This document shows, one piece after another, positions 1 through 10,365 of a stretch of 64,000 nucleotides of DNA; the stretch's first letter is position 1; each line of letters opens with the position of its first letter. Source of the stretch: Eledone cirrhosa (taxonomy: Eukaryota); contig OZ024740.1 in NCBI GenBank assembly GCA_964016885.1, positions 337,342,001-337,406,000 of the forward strand, given 5' to 3'. The notes below the pieces were generated by a model, which saw only the letters and a program-made list of their open reading frames with translations, ran no database searches and was not told the DNA's origin. The translations under genes were made by a program, and so were the position numbers.

Positions 1-108
1 CCCGTATGAGCAAGACAAGGTCAGCTGACTGGACACTTCCTACAACAGGACAATCCGTCTAACCCATGCTAGCATGGAAGAACGGACGTAAAACGGTGAT
101 GATGATGA
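1..108 (+). mobile_element. 3' tail of RTE-family LINE or derived SINE, cut by the window edge
   Basis: GTCTAACCCATGCTAGCATGGAAG...(GAT)n matches the 3' ends of the RTE copies at 18810-18875 and 30090-30147. Confidence 0.75.
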
Positions 109-243
109 TATATATGTATGTTAGTTTGGAGTGTAACTACAGTTGCAGGTGACATGCTGTTCAAAGCACTCAATACTGTTACGAGGTCTGTCTCATGTGG
201 GTTGTATTCCAGAGTTAAGGCAGCTGTAGTGTGCAGAGTGTAA

Positions 244-546
244 AGATATTAAGTAGAATCGAAGTCAGTGCTGCAGCATATGTACAAACTTTATTGGTAT
301 GTTACAATTGTTTCGATATCGAGCAGCTCAGGGTACAATCGAAATGATGGGGTCTGACACTTTTTCAACATCTCGTCAGATATGTGAGTTCACATATAAA
401 CTCACATATCTGACGAGATGTTGAAAAAGAGTCAGATCCCCATCATTTTGATTGTACCCTGAGCTGATCGATATCGAAACAATTGTAACATACCAATAAA
501 GTTTGTACATATGCTGCAGCACTGACTTCGATTCTACTTAATATCT
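244..546. repeat. ~300-bp near-perfect palindrome, PLE pLTR-derived fold-back element with a hammerhead motif in each arm
   Basis: Arms 244-390 and 399-546 differ by about 3 substitutions and 1 indel. Loop CACATATA. CTGACGA 410-416, GAAAC-AATT-GTA 476-487, AATAAA 495-500. Confidence 0.85.
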
Positions 547-549
547 CCC

Positions 550-588
<39 letters not shown>

Positions 589-603
589 ATATATATATAT
601 ATA

Positions 604-1398
604 CTAGCAGCAGTACCCAGCGTTGCCTGGGTAGGTAAAATAATATCTGCTTTGATGAAAAGGTGTTGATCTTAGCGACTGCTTCTCGATGACTCATCTA
701 TGGCCACACACAGGGCATACGGGGGAGGGTGGTGATGACCTCTATCACTGAAAAACGCAGGTGACTTACGAAGGAGCATGCTGGGGGAGGGAGTTTCGAA
801 TTTTAACGAAATCGGTTGAAAAATGTGGGAGCTAGAGCCAAAAAGGCGGAAATTTGAGCGAAAAGGTGGTATTTTCGAATATTTAAGCGGCTGCCACGCC
901 GTTCCTGAACAAAAAATCCGAAATGTAAAGCCACTTTAAGACGTGAAATAATCAGATCTAGCACAGTGTAACATTTGAAGAAAGTAGGTTGATTAATGTG
1001 GGAGCTAGATTAATGTGGGAAATTTGAGTCTAAAAGTGGTACTTTTGAATATTTAAGCGGCTGCCACATCATCCCTGAACAACAAATATAAAATATAAAG
1101 CCATTACAGGATGTGCAATGATAAATTCTATTTTGCTTTAAAATTTGAACGAAATCGGTGGCAAAATGTGGGAACTGGAGCAAAAAAACTTATTTTTCGA
1201 TACCTAAAAAAAGGTGACACCCTATCGATTTTTATCTGCAGAATGACGCCGGAAAATAAAAAAAAACGATCCCTGATATATAGAAAACACTCCCCGATGA
1301 CTAATCTATGAGTCTGTAAAGTTTCATGAAAATCGGTAATATAGGTAATACACAGACACACAGACATACACACATACTTAATTTTATATATATACAGA
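604..1398 (-). mobile_element. Non-autonomous Helitron
   Basis: On the - strand: 5' TC(TGTATATATATAAAA), 3' hairpin TACCCAG-GCAACG-CTGGGTA 6 nt before terminal CTAG, inserted between A and T. Internal repeated blocks at ~810-900, ~1000-1070 and ~1150-1185. Confidence 0.8.
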
Positions 1399-1399
1399 T

Positions 1400-1624
1400 A
1401 TCATCATCATCATCGTTTAACTAACGTCCTCTTTCCATGATAGCATGGGTTAGACGGGTTGTCCTATTTGAGGCAGGTTGGGTCAGGTGATCATGTCCTG
1501 CTCATATAGAAATGTTTCTGGCTATATTTCTCCAGCTGGATGCCCTTCCTAATGCCAACCACATTTACAGTGTGTGCTGGGCGCTTTTTGTCATGACTCC
1601 TACACACCACTTTACAGTGTGGGC

Positions 1625-1625
<1 letters not shown>
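1400..1625 (-). mobile_element. Short RTE-3'UTR-derived element
   Basis: (ATC)n tail, CATGGGTTAGAC and CTGGATGCCCTTCCTAA motifs shared with the RTE 3'UTR. Confidence 0.7.
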
Positions 1626-1719
<94 letters not shown>

Positions 1720-1729
1720 TATATATATA

Positions 1730-1895
1730 TGTAGTCATGGTTGTGTAATTAAGAAATTCTCTTTAGAACAATGTAATTTCATATCCATTTCCACTATTTA
1801 GCACTTTGGGCAAGTGTCTTCTACTACATCTCCAAACCATCTAATTCCTTGGGTGTGAATTTGGTAGATGGAAACTGTAAGGAAGCCTTTCATAT
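1730..1895 (+). mobile_element. Degenerate CORE-type SINE
   Basis: CTTTGGGCAAGTGTCTT CORE-like motif followed by GTGAATTTGGTAGATGGAAACTG. Related copy at 37618-37758. Confidence 0.6.
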
Positions 1896-1994
1896 AATAT
1901 ATGTACACACACATACACACATGTGGGAGTACATGCATGCCTCAAATGTCATATCAATACTATTAAAAAAGGCAGTGGTGACATTTGTTTATAC

Positions 1995-2303
1995 CAGGCA
2001 TGGGCAACCTTTTTCGAGAAGTGTGCCGCATGAGATATGGCTCATCATCAGGTGGGCCGCTAGTGCTAATTTACATTCGTGCCCACATTAAAAATAAAGG
2101 GCGGTAACTCAGGTTGTTTTGATTTGTTTCTTCAGAATTTGTACATGTTGTTCTCCTCGATCGTAAAAATGATAGAAAGATAAATTACGACTGAAAAGTT
2201 GGGGTAAAAAAATCAGAAAGATTTCACTTAGATGACTCAGGCGAGCCATCATGAAAGCTTCGCGGGCCGCATGCTCCCGTGGGTCACAGGTTGCTCATGA
2301 TTG
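1995..2303. mobile_element. hAT (Charlie-like) MITE
   Basis: TIR CAGGCATGGGCAACCT / AGGTTGCTCATGATTG, 8-bp TSD GTTTATAC / GTTTACAC, subterminal GGGCCGC motifs. Confidence 0.8.
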
Positions 2304-4246
2304 GTTTACACTCTCTATCATCTTGTAGCATTTCAATGTACATCATTCATACATATGCTTAAAATAAGGTATAGGTTAACATTAGGAAAGACATCATGCT
2401 TTATAAAACTTCATCCAGCCTATGTAAATATGAAAAAGGGATGAAAAAGATAATGAAGATGATGATGATAAGGATGACATACTGATACACAAATCCACCA
2501 TAAAAATATATGTAGGTAGGTACACATCTAGGTAGAAACAGATGTATGGTGAGGAATAAACAATATCAATTAATGACTAAGATGACTAAATATGAGAGAA
2601 AACGTTTGGCATTTTCAATTTTATTCTGATCTCATCAGCTACACATAACCTTCACTTTACTTGCTGAAGCATTGATAAATGAATCACCAAATATATTTAC
2701 AAGGTATACAGCATGAATCCATGCTGGGGCACCATTGTTTTTCATGCCTATGGTGTCTTTGAATTATTACCTTTCAGGTCATCAAGCCTATGTAATATAC
2801 AACAATATTACACCAAGAAATTTCACTATACTTCTTGAATGGAGTATGACAAGGGTGCATCCTCTCACTTATTCTGTTAAAATTGTACCTATATGATCTT
2901 CTTTACATATTTTCAATATACACAGACATCCTCATATCAGATGACATCACACTTGTATATTTTCACCATTCTCCCCATACAGCTGCACAACTATTCCAAG
3001 TTACAGCTATCAACTAAAAACCTGTTTTCAAAACAACAGACTTAAAGTAGTTCTTACCAAATTCAACGTCTTCCTTCAAAGACCAAAACTTTGGCATACT
3101 TCCTATCTTATTCTTGGTTAGATCTCAAGGATGATAACTTTTAACGTTTAACCTATGTATGATAAGTTCATTTTGCCTTAATCTATTTCCCATCAGCCAT
3201 CACAGACAACTTGTAGTAATTAGAACCTTGGCCCACTTCCAACAACTGATCAATAATAATTGTGAAATTGTGGTTTATCACTGAGTAATGGAGTAACTTC
3301 TTGTCTATTTCTATTCCAGTTACATATATATATTTTAACACATGTTTCCAGTCAGTGAAATTGTGTCTGTAAAATGGTGGAATTATCCAAGTTGTCATCT
3401 GCATATCAGGTTGAATGTATAAGGGTGTGTGGAAAGTTTGTACAGGTACAATTTAATTTTAAAAGGGGTGGTGGGAGGATGTATTCTTGTAGTTCAGTTG
3501 GTGGGGTGCAAATTCTAAATGTATTTTTGTTGTATACTACATCCTCCTCCTCCTCTTCATCATCATCACCACCACCACCACCATAGTGGAAAGATGGATG
3601 TTAAACGGTGACGATGATGATGAATGAAACACTTGTTAATTATGTAGTGTTCCTACTGCTACACTTACTGAATGTATAAAATGTCAGTAAAAGATTAGTA
3701 GGGGAAGAAATTGCAGAATTGTTAAAGAATAAGACAAAATATATTTGCTATGAACCTCTATACTTTGAGTTCATATCTCACCAAGGTTATCTTTACTTTT
3801 CATCATTTGGGGTTGATAAAATAAAGAACCAATTCAGGGTGGTGGATTGGCAGACTTGTTAGAATATCAAACAAGGTGCCTTGCCATATTTGTTCCAGCT
3901 CTTTGTGTTCTTGTAATCTAAATGGCTGGTAGACTTCATATGTTGCCCAGTTTAGCATCACTACCTGCTTTTTGGGTGTTTTTAGTAGATCCCAGTCAGT
4001 TGCATGCATTTGGGTCAGTTCTCTGGTTTAGGAATAAATTCCTTCCTTCTTCCTACCAGTCTTGGAGACCATAAAAAGTACCTCAAGCTCTGCCTTTTCC
4101 TACCTTCCCTGACTGAACAATAAAAAAACAAAACAAAAAAACAACAAAAAAAAAACAACAACAAAGAACCCTTAACTGAAAGTTCAATATTCTTGTATCC
4201 TTGCAACCTCAATCTCTTCATTATAATTGCTTAAATTTCACTGCAG

Positions 4247-4282
4247 AATGCATTAAAACTTGATATTCTGTTTTCCCAAAAG
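4247..4282 (+). CDS. Putative host-gene exon (NALKLDILFSQK), phase 0-0
   Basis: Acceptor TTTCACTGCAG, donor AAG|GTAACT, 36 nt open, in frame with the next exon after a 63-nt intron. Confidence 0.5.
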
Positions 4283-4345
4283 GTAACTATATTAATGTAT
4301 TGTAATGCTACCTGTAAATAAACTCATAATGTCTCTAATTGATAG

Positions 4346-4452
4346 AAGTCTGCTGCCAACAGGATTAACAATCTACTCTCACAACACAGTCAACGTATTC
4401 TGGACATTTATGCTGTTTCTCACCAAATCTCAAAGCTTTCACAAGCAATCAT
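4346..4452 (+). CDS. Putative host-gene exon (KSAANRINNLLSQHSQRILDIYAVSHQISKLSQAI), phase 0-2
   Basis: Acceptor CTCTAATTGATAG, strong donor GTAAGT, 107 nt open, non-repetitive, phase-compatible with exon 35348. Confidence 0.6.
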
Positions 4453-4537
4453 GTAAGTAGATGTACATATTGTAATTGTTGAAATGAATATAGAGAGATT
4501 TTTATGCTGGTAGCAGTAGTCTGTGCAATTATTTCAG

Positions 4538-4735
4538 ATTGGCAAAATTGTTAGAGCATTGGACAAAATATTTTGTTATGGTCATATATGTTCTGAGTTC
4601 ATATTTTACCAAGGTTAGTTTTGTCTTTCATCCTTTCAACATTGATAAAATAATACACCAGTCAAGTACTGAGGTCAATATAATTAACTATACTCTATCC
4701 AACAATTTGTGTCCATAAACTTATGTTTGAAATTA
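4538..4735 (+). mobile_element. Old tRNA-derived SINE copy (Meta-like domain family)
   Basis: TTGGCAAAATTGTTAGAG...TCTGAGTTCA...CTTTCATCCTTTC..TTGATAAAATAA. A similar degenerate copy lies at 3710-3835. Confidence 0.55.
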
Positions 4736-5103
4736 ATACTTCAAATACACACCAACACACATATCTTCCTGGGGAGAAGGCAATCTTTATAGTGCTGGAT
4801 ACATCAAGAATCAAATATAGTGTTCAAGACAGAAGACAGACCTGGTATATACATGTGATGTGTATGGATGATGATCTTTAGGTTAAGAAGTGCTAGGAAA
4901 TACCTGTGGAAGATAGCAGCAGTAAAGGAAGACCGAGGTAGAGGTTGCAAGAACTTAATTTGGAGTTGCTAAGACTCAGAGCAGAGATGATGAAGGAATG
5001 TGTTGGAGAAGACCCATTCAACCAATGTAATCATGGAAAAGAGGACATGAAATGATGATGATATATGTACAAGTATGTATGTACAAGTATGTATGTATAT
5101 ATG

Positions 5104-8100
5104 TTCTTCTGGTTTTATAATTTCACAAAGTTTTACCAATAGAGAGAGAGTCGGTTTCTAACATAGACACAAGACTCTCTCATTGGAATTTACACAACAT
5201 CAACTAGGTAGATTATGTATGTACGCATGTGTAGATATGGATGTTATTGTATGTGTGGATGTGGATGTTTTGAGTTGTATGTGTGCATGTGTATATGCTT
5301 TGTATCTGTACATGTGTATATACAGTTATTAGATGCAAAATGTTTGGAATGTTTTACATATTTTTACTGTTCCATTAATGGATTGTACTTGTAGTTTCCT
5401 AACTAGTTGTGTTCTTTCTGTTCCTGTGAAGCCTAGCTTCTCAAGATTTGTATTGAGGCAGTTACTAACATACCCCAGTGCCCCAATAATCACAGGCATA
5501 AATCTGCAGGTGTAATCAGGGTGGAGTATCTGCAGATTTCTCATCAGTTCTGCATAAATATTCTCCTTTTCACTAATCTTTGATATTATATTGGCATCTG
5601 CTGGGCAGCTAATTTCCACTACTGTGCATGTTTTCTTCTCCCTGTCCCATATCATAATATCTGGTCTGTTATGCCTGCATTTTATTGGGGTTTTTACTGG
5701 AACATTCCACCAGTACTCTTTCATATTATGTACATGGATGTCTTCCACATTGTTGTAGCTTTTAATGTGTTTATTATCGGGGCTATCTTTTTTACGAACT
5801 GCATTGTACAGTGTTTTGGTCACTACATCATGCCTTATAGGTAGATAGTACCGCGATGACATCTTTGGACAGCTGCTGATGACATGGGTGATATCCTCAA
5901 TGTTAGTTCTGCAGAGTCTGCACTTGTTATCACATCTAGGTGTTTTGCCTGCATCCCTATCTCTTTTGTGAATCAGGTATTTTGTGCTAATCTCCTGTTC
6001 TTGGATTGCAAAAGCATATCCTTCAAAGTGGGAGCCAATATAGCGGTTGTTGGTCCAAGATAGATTACTTTCCTTCTCTATATTACTCTCACTCTGGAGC
6101 TTCCTGGCAACATATCCATGCATGATTTTTTGCTGATAGACATGCAGTTTTTCATCCATGGATTCACTGCGATACTGCTGAGCGACATCCCTGGGTGTGA
6201 GTTTTTGATTATCACACAGGGAATATCTCTTAAGGAGTTCCTTCCCAACTCTCATGATCTTATCTGTTTCATGCAGATAGACTTGCTCGAGAAGCGGGCT
6301 CCTACGCTTCGAGGTTCGTAGATGTTGTCGGAGAGATATGATGCGACATTCAAATGTTGTCTGGACTGATGTTAGGCCTCTGCCTCCATGCTTACGTTTC
6401 AAGTAAAGGCGGTTTATGTCACTATTGATGTGGAAGTTTCCGGTGTTGTTCAGTATTTTTCGAGTTCCAACATCAACAGCTGGAATTTCGTCTATCATCC
6501 AATTGAGTATTCCAAACGTTGGTGTTAGGACAGGCACAGCAAACACATTGTGAGCCACTGTTTTGTTTTGCACAGAGAGTTCCGAAGACCAGATCTTTCT
6601 TAACCGGGTGTAGTATTTCCTGGTTACGCGTTCTTTATTACAAATACCATTATAGGATATGTTCTCATCTATACCCAGGTATCTGTAGCAGTCCTCATCA
6701 GATATCAGTGAAACAGTTAGACCATTGATGACAATGTTGCTAGATTGGGTTGTTGTTTTTCCCCGAGTCATGTATGAGCATTTATCTTGGCCAAACTCCA
6801 TTCCTATATCCTTTGAGAACGTTGTAACCAGGTCAAGATTTTTCTTCATCCCATCCATGTTCTTGGCATAGAGTTTCAGATCGTCCACAAAGAAGTTATG
6901 GGTTAGGTTCGTATTTCTGTCCTCCTGTGAGCCAATGATGTATCCCTCACATTTCTTGAGCAGAAAGGACAAGGGGTTTAATGACAAGATGAACAATATC
7001 ACAAAGAGACTGTCTCCCTGAAATATACCCCTGCAATATTTTATTTTATCAGTGAAAATAGAGTCCTCCCTCTCTGTCTTTAACCTTAGGATAGTAGCCC
7101 AAGAAGAAGACAGCTTCTCTATGGCTCTGACAATAATGTCTGGGACTTTAGCAAGTTGGAGGGCCTCTATCATCCAAGAGTGGGGAACAGAATCGAAAGC
7201 TTTCTTGTAATCCAGCCAGACTGTAGTAATATTCCTCCTAAGTTGTCTCACCTCCGACATCGCAGTTTTGTTGATTAGGAGTTGTTCAGCACATCCCCAA
7301 ACCCTTTTCTTTCCAGCTGCTTGTTCATCTGTGATGATGTTATTATTTTCACAGTGATCTTGGAGGAATAGGTTCAGGCAGGCTGTATACATCTTATACA
7401 TCAGGTTCTGGCATGCAATGGGTCGGTAGTTTTTTGCCAAGTGGGTGTCTTTGTTCTTGGGGACCAGTAACGTTTGTGCTAATGTCAACCATTCTGGTAT
7501 AAGTGTATCTCCCTTAAGAACTTGTTGGTAGAGGTCAGTAAGATACCTCCGATAGAATATTAGTTTTTTGTACCAGTAGCCGACAATCATGTCTCTTCCT
7601 GGTGTTTTCTTATCTTGGAGTTTTCCTATCACAGTCTCAAGGGTACCCTCACTTATTTCGTATGTTTTTGTTGTAGTGTAGGAGCAATAGTTGTTTCGGA
7701 TTTCTCTTAGCCACACTGCATCTTGGTTGAAATTCTTCTTTTCACCCCATATTTTTCTCCAAAAGGAATCTGTCTTTCTGGGATGGGGCCTCAGTGACAC
7801 TTATTATTTTGCCCTTCATATCTCTATAGAGTGATGTTTGGTTTCGTCTGAATCTTTTATTAAGCATTTTTCTCTCATCTACCTTCTTCAGGAATTGGCG
7901 TTTTTCGCTAACAGCTCTCAATTCTTGGTTGAGGGTGATCAGCTTATATTGGAGAGTTCTTGTTCTACTGTTACCAAACATTGTCTCTATTTTATTTTTC
8001 ACTCTTTGTTGGTGAGGAGTGAGGTTTTTTTTGTGTTTGTTTGCATGTAAGGAGCATTGTCACATGTCCTATGTTTTTTCGTAGGTCAGCACTCTTTTTT

Positions 8101-8110
8101 TCTATTTTAG
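5104..8110 (-). mobile_element. R4/Dong-clade non-LTR retrotransposon (RT + CCHC + restriction-like endonuclease), 5'-truncated
   Basis: ORF 5329-7800 has YRPIAC, LDYKKAFDSVPH, GIFQGDS, FVDD, CRLC..EDITHVISSC, RHD and RPD..EISCP. Upstream frame 7742-8002 is joined by a frameshift. Stem-loop in the 3'UTR at 5137-5186. Confidence 0.92.
5329..7800 (-). CDS. Reverse transcriptase / RLE endonuclease polyprotein of the R4/Dong element (~820 aa, N-terminus frameshifted)
   Basis: Long uninterrupted ORF with RT motifs, a zinc knuckle and a PD-(D/E)xK-type endonuclease. Confidence 0.88.
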   Translation of the reverse strand: MSLRPHPRKTDSFWRKIWGEKKNFNQDAVWLREIRNNYCSYTTTKTYEISEGTLETVIGKLQDKKTPGRDMIVGYWYKKLIFYRRYLTDLYQQVLKGDTLIPEWLTLAQTLLVPKNKDTHLAKNYRPIACQNLMYKMYTACLNLFLQDHCENNNIITDEQAAGKKRVWGCAEQLLINKTAMSEVRQLRRNITTVWLDYKKAFDSVPHSWMIEALQLAKVPDIIVRAIEKLSSSWATILRLKTEREDSIFTDKIKYCRGIFQGDSLFVILFILSLNPLSFLLKKCEGYIIGSQEDRNTNLTHNFFVDDLKLYAKNMDGMKKNLDLVTTFSKDIGMEFGQDKCSYMTRGKTTTQSSNIVINGLTVSLISDEDCYRYLGIDENISYNGICNKERVTRKYYTRLRKIWSSELSVQNKTVAHNVFAVPVLTPTFGILNWMIDEIPAVDVGTRKILNNTGNFHINSDINRLYLKRKHGGRGLTSVQTTFECRIISLRQHLRTSKRRSPLLEQVYLHETDKIMRVGKELLKRYSLCDNQKLTPRDVAQQYRSESMDEKLHVYQQKIMHGYVARKLQSESNIEKESNLSWTNNRYIGSHFEGYAFAIQEQEISTKYLIHKRDRDAGKTPRCDNKCRLCRTNIEDITHVISSCPKMSSRYYLPIRHDVVTKTLYNAVRKKDSPDNKHIKSYNNVEDIHVHNMKEYWWNVPVKTPIKCRHNRPDIMIWDREKKTCTVVEISCPADANIISKISEKENIYAELMRNLQILHPDYTCRFMPVIIGALGYVSNCLNTNLEKLGFTGTERTQLVRKLQVQSINGTVKICKTFQTFCI

Positions 8111-8112
8111 TT

Positions 8113-8187
8113 ATGTATGTATGTATGTATGTATGTATGTATGTATGTATGTATGTATGTATGTATGTATGTATGTATGTATGTATG
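8113..8187. repeat. (TATG)n microsatellite
   Basis: About 18 perfect units between the Dong and RTE elements. Confidence 0.95.
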
Positions 8188-10365
8188 CTGTTGTACAGTC
8201 TCTTGCATGAAGTTTATGGACTGTCTTCTTCTCTGGTGACACCACTTCACAGCAAGGATGGCAAGGAACTTCTTCGTGACTCACAAGGAATTCTATGAAG
8301 GTGGCGAGAGCACTTTGATGAACTTTTGAATCAGCCGTCTGTCATCAATGAAGATTTCCTCAATCTCATTCCAGAAAAACCTGTGAAAGTAGCTCTCGCA
8401 GAACTTCCGATGCTTGTGGAGGTTGCAGTAGCTATCTCAAAGCTGAACAGTGGAAGGTCTCCAGGTATGAATGGCATACACGCAGAGCTCGTATAATATG
8501 GTGATGAGAGACTTCTGCATCATCTTCACTCGTTGTTTGGTAGGATATAGGCTAGTGAATCCGTACCTGAGGACTGGAAAGATGCAGTAAAGGTGATCTT
8601 GTACAAGCGAAAGGGTAACAAGAATGATTGTGGAAACTACAGAGGTATATCATTGCTTTCTGTCGTAGGAACATTTTTTTATGTAGGGTGCTTTTGGACC
8701 GTCTGCTGACACACATTGCAGATTGTGTTTTTCCTGAAAGTCAATCTGGTTTTCGTGCTGAACACGGCATTACTGATATGATCTTCTCAGCTAGACAGCT
8801 CCAGGAGAAGTGCATGGAACAAGGTTTGGATCTGCATCAGGTTTTTGTCGATCTGACAAAAGCTTTCGATACTGTTATCAGAAATGCATTGTAGAAGGTT
8901 CTCCAGAAACTTGGTTGCTCTGATAAGTTCCTTGCTTTGGTTAGGTCTTTCCATGATGACATGAAGGGTTGGGTTAATGTCAGAGGTAACATGTCGGAGC
9001 ATATCTCAGTAAAAAATGGAGTGAAACAGGGGAATATTCCAGCACCGACCCTGTTTGCCATATACTTTGCAATGATTTTCTATATTGCATTCAGGAATTG
9101 CGAGCATGGTGTTTACATCCAATATCGAACCTCAGGCAGCATATTTAACATCAAGTGCTTTGATGCAAAAACAAAAGTATTTACATCAATCATAAGAGCC
9201 CTCTTGTATGCAGATGATTGCGATCTTGTAGCGCACACAGAGAGTGATATGCAGCACATTTTGAATGCATTTCCTGGTGCTTGCACTGCCCTAGGATTGA
9301 CTGTCAGTCTCAAGAAAACTGTCGTCATGTACCAACCTGCCCCTGGTTAGCAGTACAGTGAGCCAAATATCTATGTGTATGGTAAACGACTTGGAATGGT
9401 TGATCAGTTTGTCTACCTGGGAAGCACTGTCAATCGATACAGCAACCTTGATAATGAAATTCCACTCAGGATTAGGAAAGCAGGTGATGCTTTCGGAAAG
9501 CTAGAAAGGCGACTCTGGGGTCGGCGAGACATATGCAAGAAGACAAAGGTAAAGGGGTACATGTGTGCTCTCTTCTCTTCTTTATGCCTGCGAGATCTGG
9601 GTCACATATCGACACCACCTTAAACAATTGGAGCGTTTCCATCAGATGTGTCTCAGATGTATCCATGGCATTCACTGGAGGGACCACATCAGTGATGTCG
9701 AGATTTTGGAAAGCTCTCTATGTGACAGTATAGAAGCTCTTGTGCTTAAGCAAAGACTCCGTTGGCGTGGTCACCTTGCCAGGATGAAGGATTCTAGAAT
9801 ACCAAAACAACTCTTTTATGGAGAGTCAGTTAAAGGAAAATGACCTCCACATAAATGAAAAAAGAGGTATGACGATTCGTTGAAAGCCTCTTTGAAAGAC
9901 ACTAACATCTCTTCTGCTGATACATGGGAAAATGTTGTGGCTGATCGTTAAGAAATGGAGAAAGACTGTATATGAGGGGAAAGTTGCCTTTGAGGCATCT
10001 CGAATTGCATACGAGAAAGTAAAGAGGGATGTGAGGAATGACATTACTGTTGCATTACCAGACAGTGAAGGTCCTCCTATGGTGCTGACATGCAGCGTCT
10101 GTGCAAGACCCTGCCTAAGCAAAACTGGACTTGAAAGTCCTTTTCGCAGTCATAAAATGAGATCAGTGGTTGACTACCAGGCTGCTGTTGGAGATGCTAC
10201 TCATCATGCTTGCCAAGCATGTGGTAGAGAATGTAAATCAGCAGGAGGGCTCAAATGACATACAAAAGTACATGAACTCCAACCACAGCCGGCTATTTCC
10301 AGTGAATGTTTTGGTTGCTAACTTTGTGCAAGACACTTTAGATCATTGGCTGGGCTAAAAAGCAG
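8188..10365 (+). pseudogene. Decayed RTE-clade (BovB-like) LINE ORF with C-terminal C2H2 fingers
   Basis: PESQSGFR, FVDLTKAFDTV, GVKQG..APTLF, LYADD, FVYLGS, LRWRGH..RM..RIPKQLFYGE. Many stops and frameshifts. Confidence 0.9.

Noticed and set aside
2580-3540. Possible very old PLE remnant with CTGATGA at ~2633-2639 (-)
   Set aside because: There is no GAAA or stem II pairing and no recoverable protein motif.
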